NCBI GenBank assembly: GCA_038867895.1 | Contig: JAWBXL010000001.1 | Coordinates: 19,334-83,333 of the forward strand | Reading direction: 5' to 3' | DNA: 64,000 nucleotides | DNA from: Candidatus Bathyarchaeia archaeon | GTDB taxonomy: Archaea; Thermoproteota; Bathyarchaeia; Bathyarchaeales; DTEX01 | Part shown: one piece after another, positions 35,118 to 44,467 of the stretch | Position numbering within the stretch: the first letter of the stretch is position 1 | Layout: each line of letters opens with the position of its first letter | Notes under the pieces: generated by a model | The model's input: only the letters and a program-made list of their open reading frames with translations | The model's database searches: none | What the model was told of the DNA's origin: nothing | Translations under genes and position numbers: made by a program

Positions 35118-37172
35118 TTGCTAGGCTGGCTTAGTATAGCGCCTATAGCGGGGCTTATCTCGGTTGGGCTTGCAGGCTATTTATATCGATATGTTGTAAG
35201 ACAAGATACTGGGACGGAAAGAATGCGTGAGATAGCTAGCGCCATAAAAGTGGGCGCAAAGGCGTACCTCAGAAGACAGAACATGACTCTAGCGGTTTTC
35301 GTTGCAGTTATGGCTGCTATAATCGGGGTGCTCTATACAATCTATCATCGTGGAGATGTATTCTTTGGCGTAAGCATGGCACTAGCCTATATTCTAGGCT
35401 CAGTATGCACTACAATTGCGGCATATATTGGTATGGCTGCTGCTGTTGAGGCTAATGTTAGAACAGCGAATGCGGCTAGAGAGGGTCTGAAAAAAGCCTT
35501 TCCAGCAGCATTCTATGGCGGAGCAGTTATGGGTCTATCCACTATTGGTCTATCTCTGCTAGGCGTCAGCGCATTATTCTACTTCTATAGATTTATACTA
35601 GGCTTTGGTGATGATATATCATCAAGTATAGTTTTAGGCTTCAGCTTTGGGGCCAGCGCCCTAGCTCTCTTCGCTAAGGCTGGCGGTGGGATATACACGA
35701 AGACTGCTGACATAAGCGCTGATCTTGTCGGTAAGGTTGAGCTTGGCATACCTGAGGATGATCCTCGTAACCCAGCTGTAATAGCCGATAATGTTGGTGA
35801 TAATGTTGGCGATGTAGCTGGCATGGGTGCTGACCTAACAGACTCGTATATTGCGAGCATTGTAGCAACAATGCTCCTTGGAGCTGAACTCCATGAAGGT
35901 GCTCTTGTTATACTCCCGCTTACGGTATCAGCCATGGGTCTCTTTGCGTCAGTATTAGGCGTGGTTATCACTAAGGCTAGCATTAAAGGTAATCCGGGAG
36001 CAGCGCTCAATAGGGGCTCATTTGGAACGTGGATAATATTCGCAATACTTCTACTCCTAACCACGTACTTTTCAGGCCTAGAGGGAAACAGGTGGCTTGG
36101 AGTCTTCCTACCGACGGTAGCCGGATTAGTTGCGGGGGTTGTTATTGGGCTTACAACAGATTACTTCACGTCTATAGATAGGATGCCCGCAAAGAAGGTC
36201 GCGGAAGCATCGACAACTGGCGCTGCAATCAATATCTTGACGGGCTTCTCCTATGGTATAGTAAGTATTGTCCCACCAGTGATAGGTATATGTGCTGCGA
36301 CGCTGGCCGCGTGGTACTTGTCGAGTTGGTATGGTGTTAATCCATTCTATGGAATTGCGATAGCCGCTGTCGGCATGCTTGCAACTGTCGGTATGACCAT
36401 ATCGGCCGATGCTTATGGCCCAATCTCGGACAATGCTAAGGGTATAGCTGAGCAGTCTTGGCTCGGCGAGGAGGTAATTGAAGTTGCGGACAGGCTTGAT
36501 GCCGCCGGAAACACAACAAAGGCTATAACAAAGGGCTTCGCAATAGGCGCAGCGGCGCTTACGGTTCTGGCTCTCTTTGCAGCGTATGTTCACCTTGTCA
36601 ATATAGAGGAGCTGAGCTTGATGAAACCTGAGGTTGTCGCTGGCATTTTCATTGGTGGAATGATGCCGCCCCTACTTTCAGCATTGCTAATTCTGGCTGT
36701 AGGAAGGAATGCTGAGAGAATGATTAATGAAATTAGGCGCCAATTCAGAGAGATCCCAGGACTAATGGAGGGAAAGACTAGACCAGACTATGCTCAGTGC
36801 GTTGATATTGCAACTAAGGGTGCTATAAGGGAGCTTATCCCAACATGTTCGCTGGCAATAATAGTTCCAGTGCTGACGCTAAAGATTTTGGGAAGGGAGG
36901 CTTTAGCTGGCTTCTTAGCGGGAAGTATTGTAACTGGAATAATATTTGCCCTCTTTATGGCTAATGCTGGTGGGCTATGGGACAATGCTAAAAAATACAT
37001 TGAGACTGGAGAATATGGTGGAAAAGGCTCTGAGGCCCATAAAGCGGCTGTTACGGGCGACACTGTTGGCGACCCATTCAAGGATACTGCCGGCCCATCT
37101 CTCAATACGATGATAACTGTAATGTCCTTAGTGGCAGAAGTTTTTGCGCCAATAGTAATTGGACTAATATAA
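35118..37172 (+). CDS. hppA: Membrane-bound proton/sodium-translocating pyrophosphatase
   Basis: 684-aa polytopic ORF with GGGIYTKTADISADLVGKVE, DNVGDNVGDVAGMGADL and GDTVGDPFKDTAGPSLN. Confidence 0.95.
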   Translation: MLGWLSIAPIAGLISVGLAGYLYRYVVRQDTGTERMREIASAIKVGAKAYLRRQNMTLAVFVAVMAAIIGVLYTIYHRGDVFFGVSMALAYILGSVCTTIAAYIGMAAAVEANVRTANAAREGLKKAFPAAFYGGAVMGLSTIGLSLLGVSALFYFYRFILGFGDDISSSIVLGFSFGASALALFAKAGGGIYTKTADISADLVGKVELGIPEDDPRNPAVIADNVGDNVGDVAGMGADLTDSYIASIVATMLLGAELHEGALVILPLTVSAMGLFASVLGVVITKASIKGNPGAALNRGSFGTWIIFAILLLLTTYFSGLEGNRWLGVFLPTVAGLVAGVVIGLTTDYFTSIDRMPAKKVAEASTTGAAINILTGFSYGIVSIVPPVIGICAATLAAWYLSSWYGVNPFYGIAIAAVGMLATVGMTISADAYGPISDNAKGIAEQSWLGEEVIEVADRLDAAGNTTKAITKGFAIGAAALTVLALFAAYVHLVNIEELSLMKPEVVAGIFIGGMMPPLLSALLILAVGRNAERMINEIRRQFREIPGLMEGKTRPDYAQCVDIATKGAIRELIPTCSLAIIVPVLTLKILGREALAGFLAGSIVTGIIFALFMANAGGLWDNAKKYIETGEYGGKGSEAHKAAVTGDTVGDPFKDTAGPSLNTMITVMSLVAEVFAPIVIGLI

Positions 37173-37215
37173 CTCCGGCTTCCCCATCCTCCTTTTTTGT
37201 GAATATCACCTCAGA

Positions 37216-38361
37216 TTAGCTTAACAGGTGTATATTTCCTATCCTAACATTTTTAAGATACTTTTTGGATACTTCATAACACTCGTATGCGTGCTTCCGG
37301 CTTGTTGTCGGCAAGTCATCTATAATATATTGTGGGTAGAAGGCTAGAAGCGTATATGGTATTCGCGGATCTATTTCGGCAATAAACTTGGCTATACTCT
37401 CAACCTCTGTAGAATCTATGTAGCCGGGGACAAGCAGCGTACTCGCAGTTAAGACTGGGACCTTAAGTCTCTCTGAGAAATACCTCTCGCCTATAACCAT
37501 AAAGTTTTCAAAGATCTCTTTTTTCGGCACACCGCATAGCGCTCTATAGATATTCTCATCCCAAGCTTTTAGATCAAATTTAACGATTCCACCGCTTTTG
37601 AGCGATAGTTCAGCCGCCTTTATAGTGAATTCTCTGCGCATATTACCATTTGTCTCCCAACATATTCTAAGTATACGCCTATTTTCCTCAGCTTTTTCTA
37701 AGGCTATTTCACTAGTCTTAATTGCATGGGGCATTTGTGTAGAGGGGTCTCCCCCGAAGAAGCATATACACGAAACTCTTTCATTAACTCTATTAGCTAG
37801 CTCCTCGCTACTCATGCACGGACTAAGTTTCTGTGAAAGGTAGCGGTAATGCCAGTTTTGGCAGAATAGGCAGTCTAGGCTGCAGGCCCCATAGAAGACA
37901 GCTAGATTCATATAGCCTGTTTCCGCAGCAGGCTTGTATGCGTACTTTGGATATCCAGTACCCGTGCAGCCGGGACAGAACCACCATGCAACGCAGTTTG
38001 TTGGTAGTGGATCATAGTACCATTCTAGAATACCTCTCTCAGGAGTTCCACCCATTCGCCTAATATACCCATCAACATTAAATACCAGGCCACAGAATCC
38101 CCGCGCACCTCGTCCAATAATACAATCGTTTGCACACATTCCACACTTAACGCCCTCAGAGTTCTTTGGAACCTCTGGCGGGAGATTGAAGCGCTTACGT
38201 GATTCTCTTCGAACAAGCTTAATTATCTCAAGGGCTTTTTCAGGTCTCTCCCTAACGCACTTTACACAAACCCCTAATCTGTTGGAAATTAATGGCGAGC
38301 TGGCATTACAAACCAGACAAGTACCCATTCTCCAACAATATAACATCCTGAAAATGAACAA
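37216..38361 (-). CDS. Radical SAM protein (PflA/AmmeMemoRadiSam-related) with N-terminal Zn ribbons
   Basis: 381-aa ORF with the CxxxCxxC cluster motif CSLDCLFCQNWHY and N-terminal CLVC...CVKC and CGMCANDC. Confidence 0.8.
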   Translation of the reverse strand: MFIFRMLYCWRMGTCLVCNASSPLISNRLGVCVKCVRERPEKALEIIKLVRRESRKRFNLPPEVPKNSEGVKCGMCANDCIIGRGARGFCGLVFNVDGYIRRMGGTPERGILEWYYDPLPTNCVAWWFCPGCTGTGYPKYAYKPAAETGYMNLAVFYGACSLDCLFCQNWHYRYLSQKLSPCMSSEELANRVNERVSCICFFGGDPSTQMPHAIKTSEIALEKAEENRRILRICWETNGNMRREFTIKAAELSLKSGGIVKFDLKAWDENIYRALCGVPKKEIFENFMVIGERYFSERLKVPVLTASTLLVPGYIDSTEVESIAKFIAEIDPRIPYTLLAFYPQYIIDDLPTTSRKHAYECYEVSKKYLKNVRIGNIHLLS

Positions 38362-38460
38362 TTTATCCTTTTAGATCGAAATTAACATTAAGAGCCAGAT
38401 AATTGGCGGGATGTTATATTATTTAAGTTTTAAATGCTACCGTCATAATTTATTTTTATT

Positions 38461-38706
38461 GTGTTCGGGGTTAGCGAAATGAGCGACCTTGAAAAGAGAA
38501 TAATTGATCTTTTAAGCAAATCGGAACCTTTAACTCTCGCTGAGATCGCTGAAAGATTAAATAAGAGCCCTAGGACAGTATTCAGGGTTCTGCGTAAACT
38601 CTTTGAAAAGGGTAGAATTGGTTGCGACGTAAAGACTAGAAGATATTATTTAGAAGAAAATTATGAGGAGCCAGAGCAGGAGGAGATCGAGGGTATCGAA
38701 GTCTAA
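38461..38706 (+). CDS. Small winged-helix DNA-binding protein with acidic tail
   Basis: 81-aa ORF with LTLAEIAERLNKSPRTVFRVLRKLFEKGRI. Confidence 0.6.
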   Translation: MFGVSEMSDLEKRIIDLLSKSEPLTLAEIAERLNKSPRTVFRVLRKLFEKGRIGCDVKTRRYYLEENYEEPEQEEIEGIEV

Positions 38707-38724
38707 TCTTAATTGAAATCCAAA

Positions 38725-39408
38725 TTATAAATCTTTTAGTATATCGGGTTTATCACTCGCTATTCCATCAACACCTATTCTCGCGTATTTATGTGCTTCC
38801 TCAGGAGTATTGATTGTCCAAACGATGACCTTTAAGCCATTTTCATGAGACTTTCTCACGAAAGATGAGTGGACAAACTTGTACATTGGGAGCAAATACT
38901 GGGCTTTTAATGATAAGGCTGCTTTTATAGGATCTTTATGCCTCACATAAATTAATCCAGTCTTAACGGTGTCACTTAGCTCCCTAGTCCTTTTCAAAGA
39001 CTCCTCATAAAATGAAACTATAATCACATTATCTTCCAACAACTTCCTTCTAATAATATCCAATACTTTTCCTTCTATTCCAGTCTCTTTTATCTCTATA
39101 AGTATTCTTACTTTTTTATCTAAAAAGTCGAGAGTCTCCTCTAAAGTTGGTATTTTCTCGCCTTTCTCGGTTGAAAGCTTCTTTATCTCCATTAATGTTA
39201 GCTCGCTAACCAACCCTTTACCGTTGGTTGTTCTGTCAACTTCTGCGTCATGAATAACCACAATCTCACCGTCTCTAGTCCTTCTAACGTCAAGTTCAAT
39301 AGCATTAACGCCAAGTTCTAAAGCTCTCTTAAAACTGAGTATTGTATTCTCAGGCTCGTATGCCTTAGCACCCCTATGACCAATCCTTAATTCCAGCATA
39401 AAGATCAC
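38725..39408 (-). CDS. Glycerophosphodiester phosphodiesterase
   Basis: 227-aa ORF with GHRGAKAYEPENT, IELDVRRTRDGEIVVIHD and VWTIN. Confidence 0.85.
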   Translation of the reverse strand: MIFMLELRIGHRGAKAYEPENTILSFKRALELGVNAIELDVRRTRDGEIVVIHDAEVDRTTNGKGLVSELTLMEIKKLSTEKGEKIPTLEETLDFLDKKVRILIEIKETGIEGKVLDIIRRKLLEDNVIIVSFYEESLKRTRELSDTVKTGLIYVRHKDPIKAALSLKAQYLLPMYKFVHSSFVRKSHENGLKVIVWTINTPEEAHKYARIGVDGIASDKPDILKDL

Positions 39409-39494
39409 TCAAGCTTTTATCCGCTAACAGTTATTTAACATTTTTATGAGCCTAAGGTTACAAAACAAGAAGCGCGTTGTTAAACAATGGAATC

Positions 39495-39953
39495 TCACAA
39501 AAATTTCAGGAATCTTATTCCATCTTCTCTATCACCATAATAGTCTGTTAGAATCTCGAATATTCTATATCCATGCTTAAAATAGAAGTTTATTGCGGCA
39601 ACATTATTCTTACGGGCTTCTAAATAGCAGACTTTAGCTCCATTTCTCCTTAAGATCTCTTCCATTGCTCCAAGTAAGCGTGATCCAATTCCCTTCCGCC
39701 TATGCTCCGGTTTAACCGCTATGGAATATATATGCCCCATACACTTTCCTTCAAAATTCTCCACTCGAGCTATTATATAACCAACAATTTTATCCTCAAA
39801 AACTGTAACCAAAGTTACAAACGCTGGATCCTCAAGAAAAAGCATAAAGTAGTGAAGTGGGAAAGCATCCTCCTGGAAACATTCAACTTCTATTCTATAC
39901 AGAGTCTTCAAATCTGTTTTCTTCGCCTTTCTCACTATAACCTGGTTAGACAT
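39495..39953 (-). CDS. rimI: GNAT N-acetyltransferase, RimI-like
   Basis: 152-aa ORF with acetyl-CoA motif IAVKPEHRRKGIGSRLL. Confidence 0.8.
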   Translation of the reverse strand: MSNQVIVRKAKKTDLKTLYRIEVECFQEDAFPLHYFMLFLEDPAFVTLVTVFEDKIVGYIIARVENFEGKCMGHIYSIAVKPEHRRKGIGSRLLGAMEEILRRNGAKVCYLEARKNNVAAINFYFKHGYRIFEILTDYYGDREDGIRFLKFL

Positions 39954-39972
39954 GTCTGAGAATTAATCTTTA

Positions 39973-40461
39973 ATGTCAATGATATATTTTTATGTTGATT
40001 TGAGGGTGTTGGAGACGAAGGGCATATACGTGCTCATAATATCTGTTGGTAAGGTGAAGGAGATAAGAGTTGGCTCCCTTGGCATACTAACCTTTGAAAG
40101 GGGTCTTTACGCTTATGTCGGCTCAGCCCAAAATAATTTAGAGAGAAGGGTTGCAAGACACTTCAATAAAAATAAGCGGGTTTTCTGGCACATAGACTAT
40201 TTACTCAACGATAAGGATGTGGAGATTATAAGCGTTTTCTTTAAGGAGGCTCCTAGAAACGAGGAGTGCCAGCTCGCGCTAGCCCTAAAGGATCTCTATA
40301 AACCCGTGAGAGGTTTCGGATCATCTGGCTGTAAATGCTCAGGCCATCTCTTTAAAATAGACTGTTATGAAAACATTGAAATGTTTTTGAGGAAGTTTAA
40401 ACTAAATCTTCTTGAGAGGACAAACTGTACAATTGATAAATTCCATTTGGGGGAGAGCTGA
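39973..40461 (+). CDS. GIY-YIG (DUF123 / Uri-like) endonuclease-domain protein
   Basis: 162-aa ORF with GIYVLII...YAYVGSAQNNLERRVARH...WHIDYL. Confidence 0.75.
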   Translation: MSMIYFYVDLRVLETKGIYVLIISVGKVKEIRVGSLGILTFERGLYAYVGSAQNNLERRVARHFNKNKRVFWHIDYLLNDKDVEIISVFFKEAPRNEECQLALALKDLYKPVRGFGSSGCKCSGHLFKIDCYENIEMFLRKFKLNLLERTNCTIDKFHLGES

Positions 40462-40464
40462 AAA

Positions 40465-40755
40465 ATGAGGGTTAAGGTTAGAATGCTGGGAGTACTGAAG
40501 AAGATTCTTGGAAAAGATGAGTTGTTCTTTGATCTAGATGTTTCTGGAGAACTAAGACTAAGAAATATTATTGAGAGGATTTTAGCAGAAGATGTTTCAC
40601 TAAAAGATATCTTGTTGGATCCAGATCTGAAGGATCCGCGTCCGAACACGATAGTATTAATAAATGGAAAAGAGATAGGCCTGCTGGGCGGGCTGGATGC
40701 GATTGTTAGGGACGGTGATGAGATAATTTTAATTCCCGTAGTTCATGGCGGCTAA
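40465..40755 (+). CDS. MoaD/ThiS-family ubiquitin-like protein (SAMP-like), C-terminal GG
   Basis: 96-aa ORF with a beta-grasp-like sequence ending ...IPVVHGG*. Confidence 0.8.
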   Translation: MRVKVRMLGVLKKILGKDELFFDLDVSGELRLRNIIERILAEDVSLKDILLDPDLKDPRPNTIVLINGKEIGLLGGLDAIVRDGDEIILIPVVHGG

Positions 40756-40783
40756 CAACGTTGTTGTGCCAAGTCGCCATAGA

Positions 40784-41305
40784 TCACCATGGAAGTTTCC
40801 CATGCTTTTTAACGTAGCTGACTAAGCCTCCCTCAGTTAGAATTTCAAGAAGTGCTGGCGGTATAGGCTTAACTTTATAGACCTCATTCTTGATTGTGTT
40901 CTTAATAGTGCCGCTGGCTAGGTCTATCTCCAGAGTATCCCCATCAGATATTTTATGGACCTCCTTGCATTCTAGGGCTGGCAGGCCAATATTTATTGCA
41001 TTTCTATAAAATATTCTTGCAAAAGATTCGGCGATAACCGCGCCTATACCTATATGTTTTAAAACAAGCGGCGCTTGCTCTCTACTTGATCCGCAGCCAA
41101 AATTTTTCCCGGCGACGATAATGTCTCCCCTACTTACCTTCTCGGCAAATCTAGGTATTAATGCCTCCATTGCATGCTTTGAAAGATCATCAATATTAGT
41201 TATACTCAGCTTATACTTTCCTGCTATGATTAGATCAGTGTTTATGTTATCGCCAAATTTCCATACGCGACCCATAATCACCATCTTACCGTCACCTCCT
41301 ATCAC
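40784..41305 (-). CDS. 3-isopropylmalate/(homo)aconitate dehydratase small subunit
   Basis: 173-aa ORF with GKNFGCGSSREQAP. Confidence 0.85.
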   Translation of the reverse strand: MIGGDGKMVIMGRVWKFGDNINTDLIIAGKYKLSITNIDDLSKHAMEALIPRFAEKVSRGDIIVAGKNFGCGSSREQAPLVLKHIGIGAVIAESFARIFYRNAINIGLPALECKEVHKISDGDTLEIDLASGTIKNTIKNEVYKVKPIPPALLEILTEGGLVSYVKKHGKLPW

Positions 41306-42558
41306 TCAAATAATCTTCTTGGATCAGTTATCTTCCCCTCGAGGGCTGAAACTGCGGCTGTTGCAGGCGACGCCAAATAGATCTCTGCGTCAGCGCTTCC
41401 CATTCTACCTTTAAAGTTCCTGTTTGAGGTTGATAAGCAGACTTCTCCCGGCCCTAGGATCCCTTGATGGGCGCCGGCACATGGGCCGCATCCAGGATTG
41501 CATATTGTGCAACCAGCCTCGATAAATGTTTCGATTAGTCCCTCCCTTAAGGCTTGTAAATATATGCTTCTGGAGGCCGGGATGACTATCATTCTAACAT
41601 CATCCTTAATCTTCTTCCCCTTAAGTATCTTGGCGGCAACTCTTAAGTCTTCAATGCGCCCATTTGTGCAGGATCCCAAGAACACTTGATTGACTTCTTT
41701 TCCTTCAACATCTTTAAGTGGCTTAACATTGTCGACTGAGTGCGGGCATGCAACCATTGGCTCTAAATCCGAGATATTAACTCTGATTCTTTTAGAGTAT
41801 TCTGCATCCTCATCACTCTTAAGGGAAGTGTAATCCCTGATCCCAATGCTGATTAAATATTCTCTGGTTTTCTCATCTGGTTCAATTATCCCAGTCTTAG
41901 CACCCATTTCAACTGCCATATTGCAGAGCGTTAGACGGCCATCGATATTCATATTCTTAACCGTCTCACCACAATACTCAATAGCCTTGTACGTTGCGCC
42001 ATCAGCCCCTACAATACTGATTACTTTCAAGATTATATCCTTGGGAAAAACCATTGGTGGTGCCGAACCATTAATCTCAACTCTAATTGTTTCTGGAACC
42101 TTAAACCAGAGTTTACCAGACATGAATACTGCCGCCATCTCAGTTGAGCCTATTCCAGTTGAAAATGCTCCTAAAGCACCGTATGTGCATGTATGTGAGT
42201 CGGCGCCGACAATCAGAGATCCTGGCCGAACCAGTCCGGACTCAACCATAAGTTGATGGCATATGCCGGATCCAACATCATAAATCTTTGCGCCATATTT
42301 ATGCGAGAAGCCACGCATAGCATCATGAACCTTTGCGAAGATCTCATTTGAGCTTGGGGCTACATGATCTATGACTAAGATTATTTTTGATGGATCCCAG
42401 ACGCTTTTCCCTCCCATATCCTCGAAGGCTTCAATAGCTAAGAGCACGGTCCCATCATGAGCCATGGCGGCGTCCACCTTAGCTACAACTATGTCCCCAG
42501 CGTAGACATCCTTTCCAGAAGACAAACTAAATATCTTCTCCACAATGGTCTTACCCAT
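41302..42558 (-). CDS. 3-isopropylmalate/(homo)aconitate dehydratase large subunit
   Basis: 418-aa ORF with aconitase-family motifs GADSHTCTYGALGAF, LGSCTNGR and NRNFKGRMG. Confidence 0.9.
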   Translation of the reverse strand: MGKTIVEKIFSLSSGKDVYAGDIVVAKVDAAMAHDGTVLLAIEAFEDMGGKSVWDPSKIILVIDHVAPSSNEIFAKVHDAMRGFSHKYGAKIYDVGSGICHQLMVESGLVRPGSLIVGADSHTCTYGALGAFSTGIGSTEMAAVFMSGKLWFKVPETIRVEINGSAPPMVFPKDIILKVISIVGADGATYKAIEYCGETVKNMNIDGRLTLCNMAVEMGAKTGIIEPDEKTREYLISIGIRDYTSLKSDEDAEYSKRIRVNISDLEPMVACPHSVDNVKPLKDVEGKEVNQVFLGSCTNGRIEDLRVAAKILKGKKIKDDVRMIVIPASRSIYLQALREGLIETFIEAGCTICNPGCGPCAGAHQGILGPGEVCLSTSNRNFKGRMGSADAEIYLASPATAAVSALEGKITDPRRLFE

Positions 42559-42663
42559 ATTCCATCAGCCAGGTCTAAATGATGCTGTAAATTATAAAAA
42601 CTTGATGAAGAGACTTAAAAATTTCCCGGTATTCTGATGCTCTAAAGGTGAATAATGCTTTTT

Positions 42664-43407
42664 CTACTTTCTCTTTTTTCTACCGGTTCTCTTGGCAGCT
42701 ATATGCCCAATTTTTCTTCCAGGAGGTGCGTTGCGCGAGACAGCCGTAGGCTTCTTAGCGCTTCTCCTACCGCTTCCAAAGGGATGTAGGGCTGCGATCA
42801 TTGCCCTACCACGTACCCTAGGATACTTATGTCCCTTAGCTTTCATCCAATGGAATTTTTTGCCAGCCTTCACGAAGGGTTTTTCTGTCCGCCCAGAGGC
42901 AGCTACAACACCAATTGTCGCAAGGCACTGATCGCCGATATAACGCGTTTTGCCAGATGGAAGAGATATGAGCGTTCCATCGGGTGTATGTGAGAGTACC
43001 GTTGCATATGCTCCTGAAGCGCGGACCAGTTTCCCACCATCTCCTGGCAATGCCTCTATATTACATATGGCTGTCCCTTCTGGAATTGCTCCTACTGGAA
43101 GCATGTTACCTATATTCACAGAGGCTCTTCCCCCAACTTCTATTATTTGACCCTCACGTAACCCTTCCACCGCCAGAGTATAATATCTCTCGCCAGTTTC
43201 AAGCTCTATATATGCTAATGGAGCCCCCCTACCTGGATCATGAACAAGTTCTAGCACTTGCCCCTTTAGAACCTTATCCATAATGCCCATTGTAGAGAAA
43301 TTAGGATACTTTGCTGGTGCAACCCGCTTATGCGTAGAGGCTGAAAATACTGATGAGCCTCTCCCTCTCCTTTGAACCAATATTCTCTTTCCCATTCTAA
43401 TCACCAC
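42664..43407 (-). CDS. rpl2: 50S ribosomal protein uL2
   Basis: 247-aa ORF with GNMLPVGAIPEGT and HPFGSGRR. Confidence 0.95.
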   Translation of the reverse strand: MVIRMGKRILVQRRGRGSSVFSASTHKRVAPAKYPNFSTMGIMDKVLKGQVLELVHDPGRGAPLAYIELETGERYYTLAVEGLREGQIIEVGGRASVNIGNMLPVGAIPEGTAICNIEALPGDGGKLVRASGAYATVLSHTPDGTLISLPSGKTRYIGDQCLATIGVVAASGRTEKPFVKAGKKFHWMKAKGHKYPRVRGRAMIAALHPFGSGRRSAKKPTAVSRNAPPGRKIGHIAAKRTGRKKRK

Positions 43408-43409
43408 AG

Positions 43410-43670
43410 CTAGAGTATGCCTAACTTAACTGCAAGGTCGGCCGCATTATACTCTGGCGACAGCTTTACAAAAGCCTTTTTGGTACCATCCCTAGCTATT
43501 ATAACATTGACTTTCTCAATCCTAACATCATACAGTCTCTCGACAGCTCTCTTTATATCATGCTTTGTTGCGTTGCGGTTAACAATAAAGGTTATCTTAT
43601 TTTCTTTCTCAATCATTCGGCTCGCGCGTTCTGTTATGAGTGGATACAAGATAACTTCATGAGGCTCCAA
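43410..43670 (-). CDS. rpl23: 50S ribosomal protein uL23
   Basis: The track ORF extends to 43715, but the TTG at 43670 follows the uL4 stop by 1 nt and is preceded by AAGGAGGT. The product starts (M)EPHEVILYPLITERA. Confidence 0.85.
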   Translation of the reverse strand: MEPHEVILYPLITERASRMIEKENKITFIVNRNATKHDIKRAVERLYDVRIEKVNVIIARDGTKKAFVKLSPEYNAADLAVKLGIL

Positions 43671-43671
43671 T

Positions 43672-44457
43672 CTAACCAACCTCCTTAACCAAACAAATCT
43701 TCCTAAGATATTCAATGCTTGAAATTGTCCAAATAGTTAGTCTTCCCGGATGGGTTCCTGGGGCCAATACCTCGGGGTTTAAATCTTTAGCTTTAACTAT
43801 GTCGACTCCTGGAAAGTTTCTTGATGCTTTAAATATACCCATATCCCTTGACACTACTATAAGCGGCCCAACAGCCTTCTTTAGTCTCCTGCCACGCATC
43901 TTGCCTTTACCGCTCCTAACTTTAACGCTATTCATGACTCTCTCAATGTCTGGCCAGACTCCAAGGTTTATTAGTGTATTCTTTAAGTCCCTTGCCTTCT
44001 TTATGCTCTCAAGATCATCAGTAACTATTAATGGCAAAGCCGGAACGTTATCAATTATATGCCCTCTTGCCTCCACAATCTCTTTTCTCGCAGTTGCAGC
44101 TATCGCGGAGAATAACGCTAGGCGCTTCTCCTTTTTTGGAATTTTCTTATAGATTTTCTTTTCAGCTACTGGTGGATGTGCTAAGCGCCCGCTGACCGTT
44201 CCAGGGGCGAATTTTGCCCTACCAGTGCCTAGGCGTGGTATCCTTGCAAGTCCATATCCGACACCCCAAGATTCAGCGGTTGTTCTTTTTCCAGCATATA
44301 GATCCCTGCCCTTTGGCTGTATGCGGTGTGATTGAATTGCTATAACGACCCTCTTGATAACGTCTGGTCTAAAGGGCGTCATGAAAACCTCTGGTAGCTC
44401 TACTGTACCAGCCTCTTTTCCATCAAGATTAAAGACCTTAGTGTAAACTTTTTCCAT
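43672..44457 (-). CDS. rpl4: 50S ribosomal protein uL4
   Basis: ATG at 44457 (MEKVYTKVFNLDG) lies 10 nt after the uL3 stop. The track ORF start at 44490 overlaps uL3. Confidence 0.9.
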   Translation of the reverse strand: MEKVYTKVFNLDGKEAGTVELPEVFMTPFRPDVIKRVVIAIQSHRIQPKGRDLYAGKRTTAESWGVGYGLARIPRLGTGRAKFAPGTVSGRLAHPPVAEKKIYKKIPKKEKRLALFSAIAATARKEIVEARGHIIDNVPALPLIVTDDLESIKKARDLKNTLINLGVWPDIERVMNSVKVRSGKGKMRGRRLKKAVGPLIVVSRDMGIFKASRNFPGVDIVKAKDLNPEVLAPGTHPGRLTIWTISSIEYLRKICLVKEVG

Positions 44458-44467
44458 GTGATTCACC

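Noticed and set aside
35585-37105. Long antisense ORFs inside hppA (159, 155 and 103 aa on the minus strand).
   Set aside because: These are shadow frames of a GC-rich, Gly/Ala/Val-rich membrane protein gene. Their products are low-complexity (Ser/Pro/Arg-rich) with no motifs.
42578-42637. Plus-strand box C/D-like words (AUGAUGC, UUGAUGA, CUGA) in the rpl2-leuC spacer.
   Set aside because: Box spacing (16 and 25 nt) does not fit the roughly 12-nt archaeal C/D architecture. There is no D' box and no terminal stem, and the region is better explained as the leuC promoter on the other strand.
43715-44152. 145-aa plus-strand ORF opposite rpl4, with similar shadow ORFs opposite leuC (41846-42256), nadC (45707-46054), the SBP gene (30125-30529) and the Mrr-like gene (57366-57755).
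   Set aside because: Each lies wholly within a well-supported gene on the other strand and encodes a low-complexity sequence.
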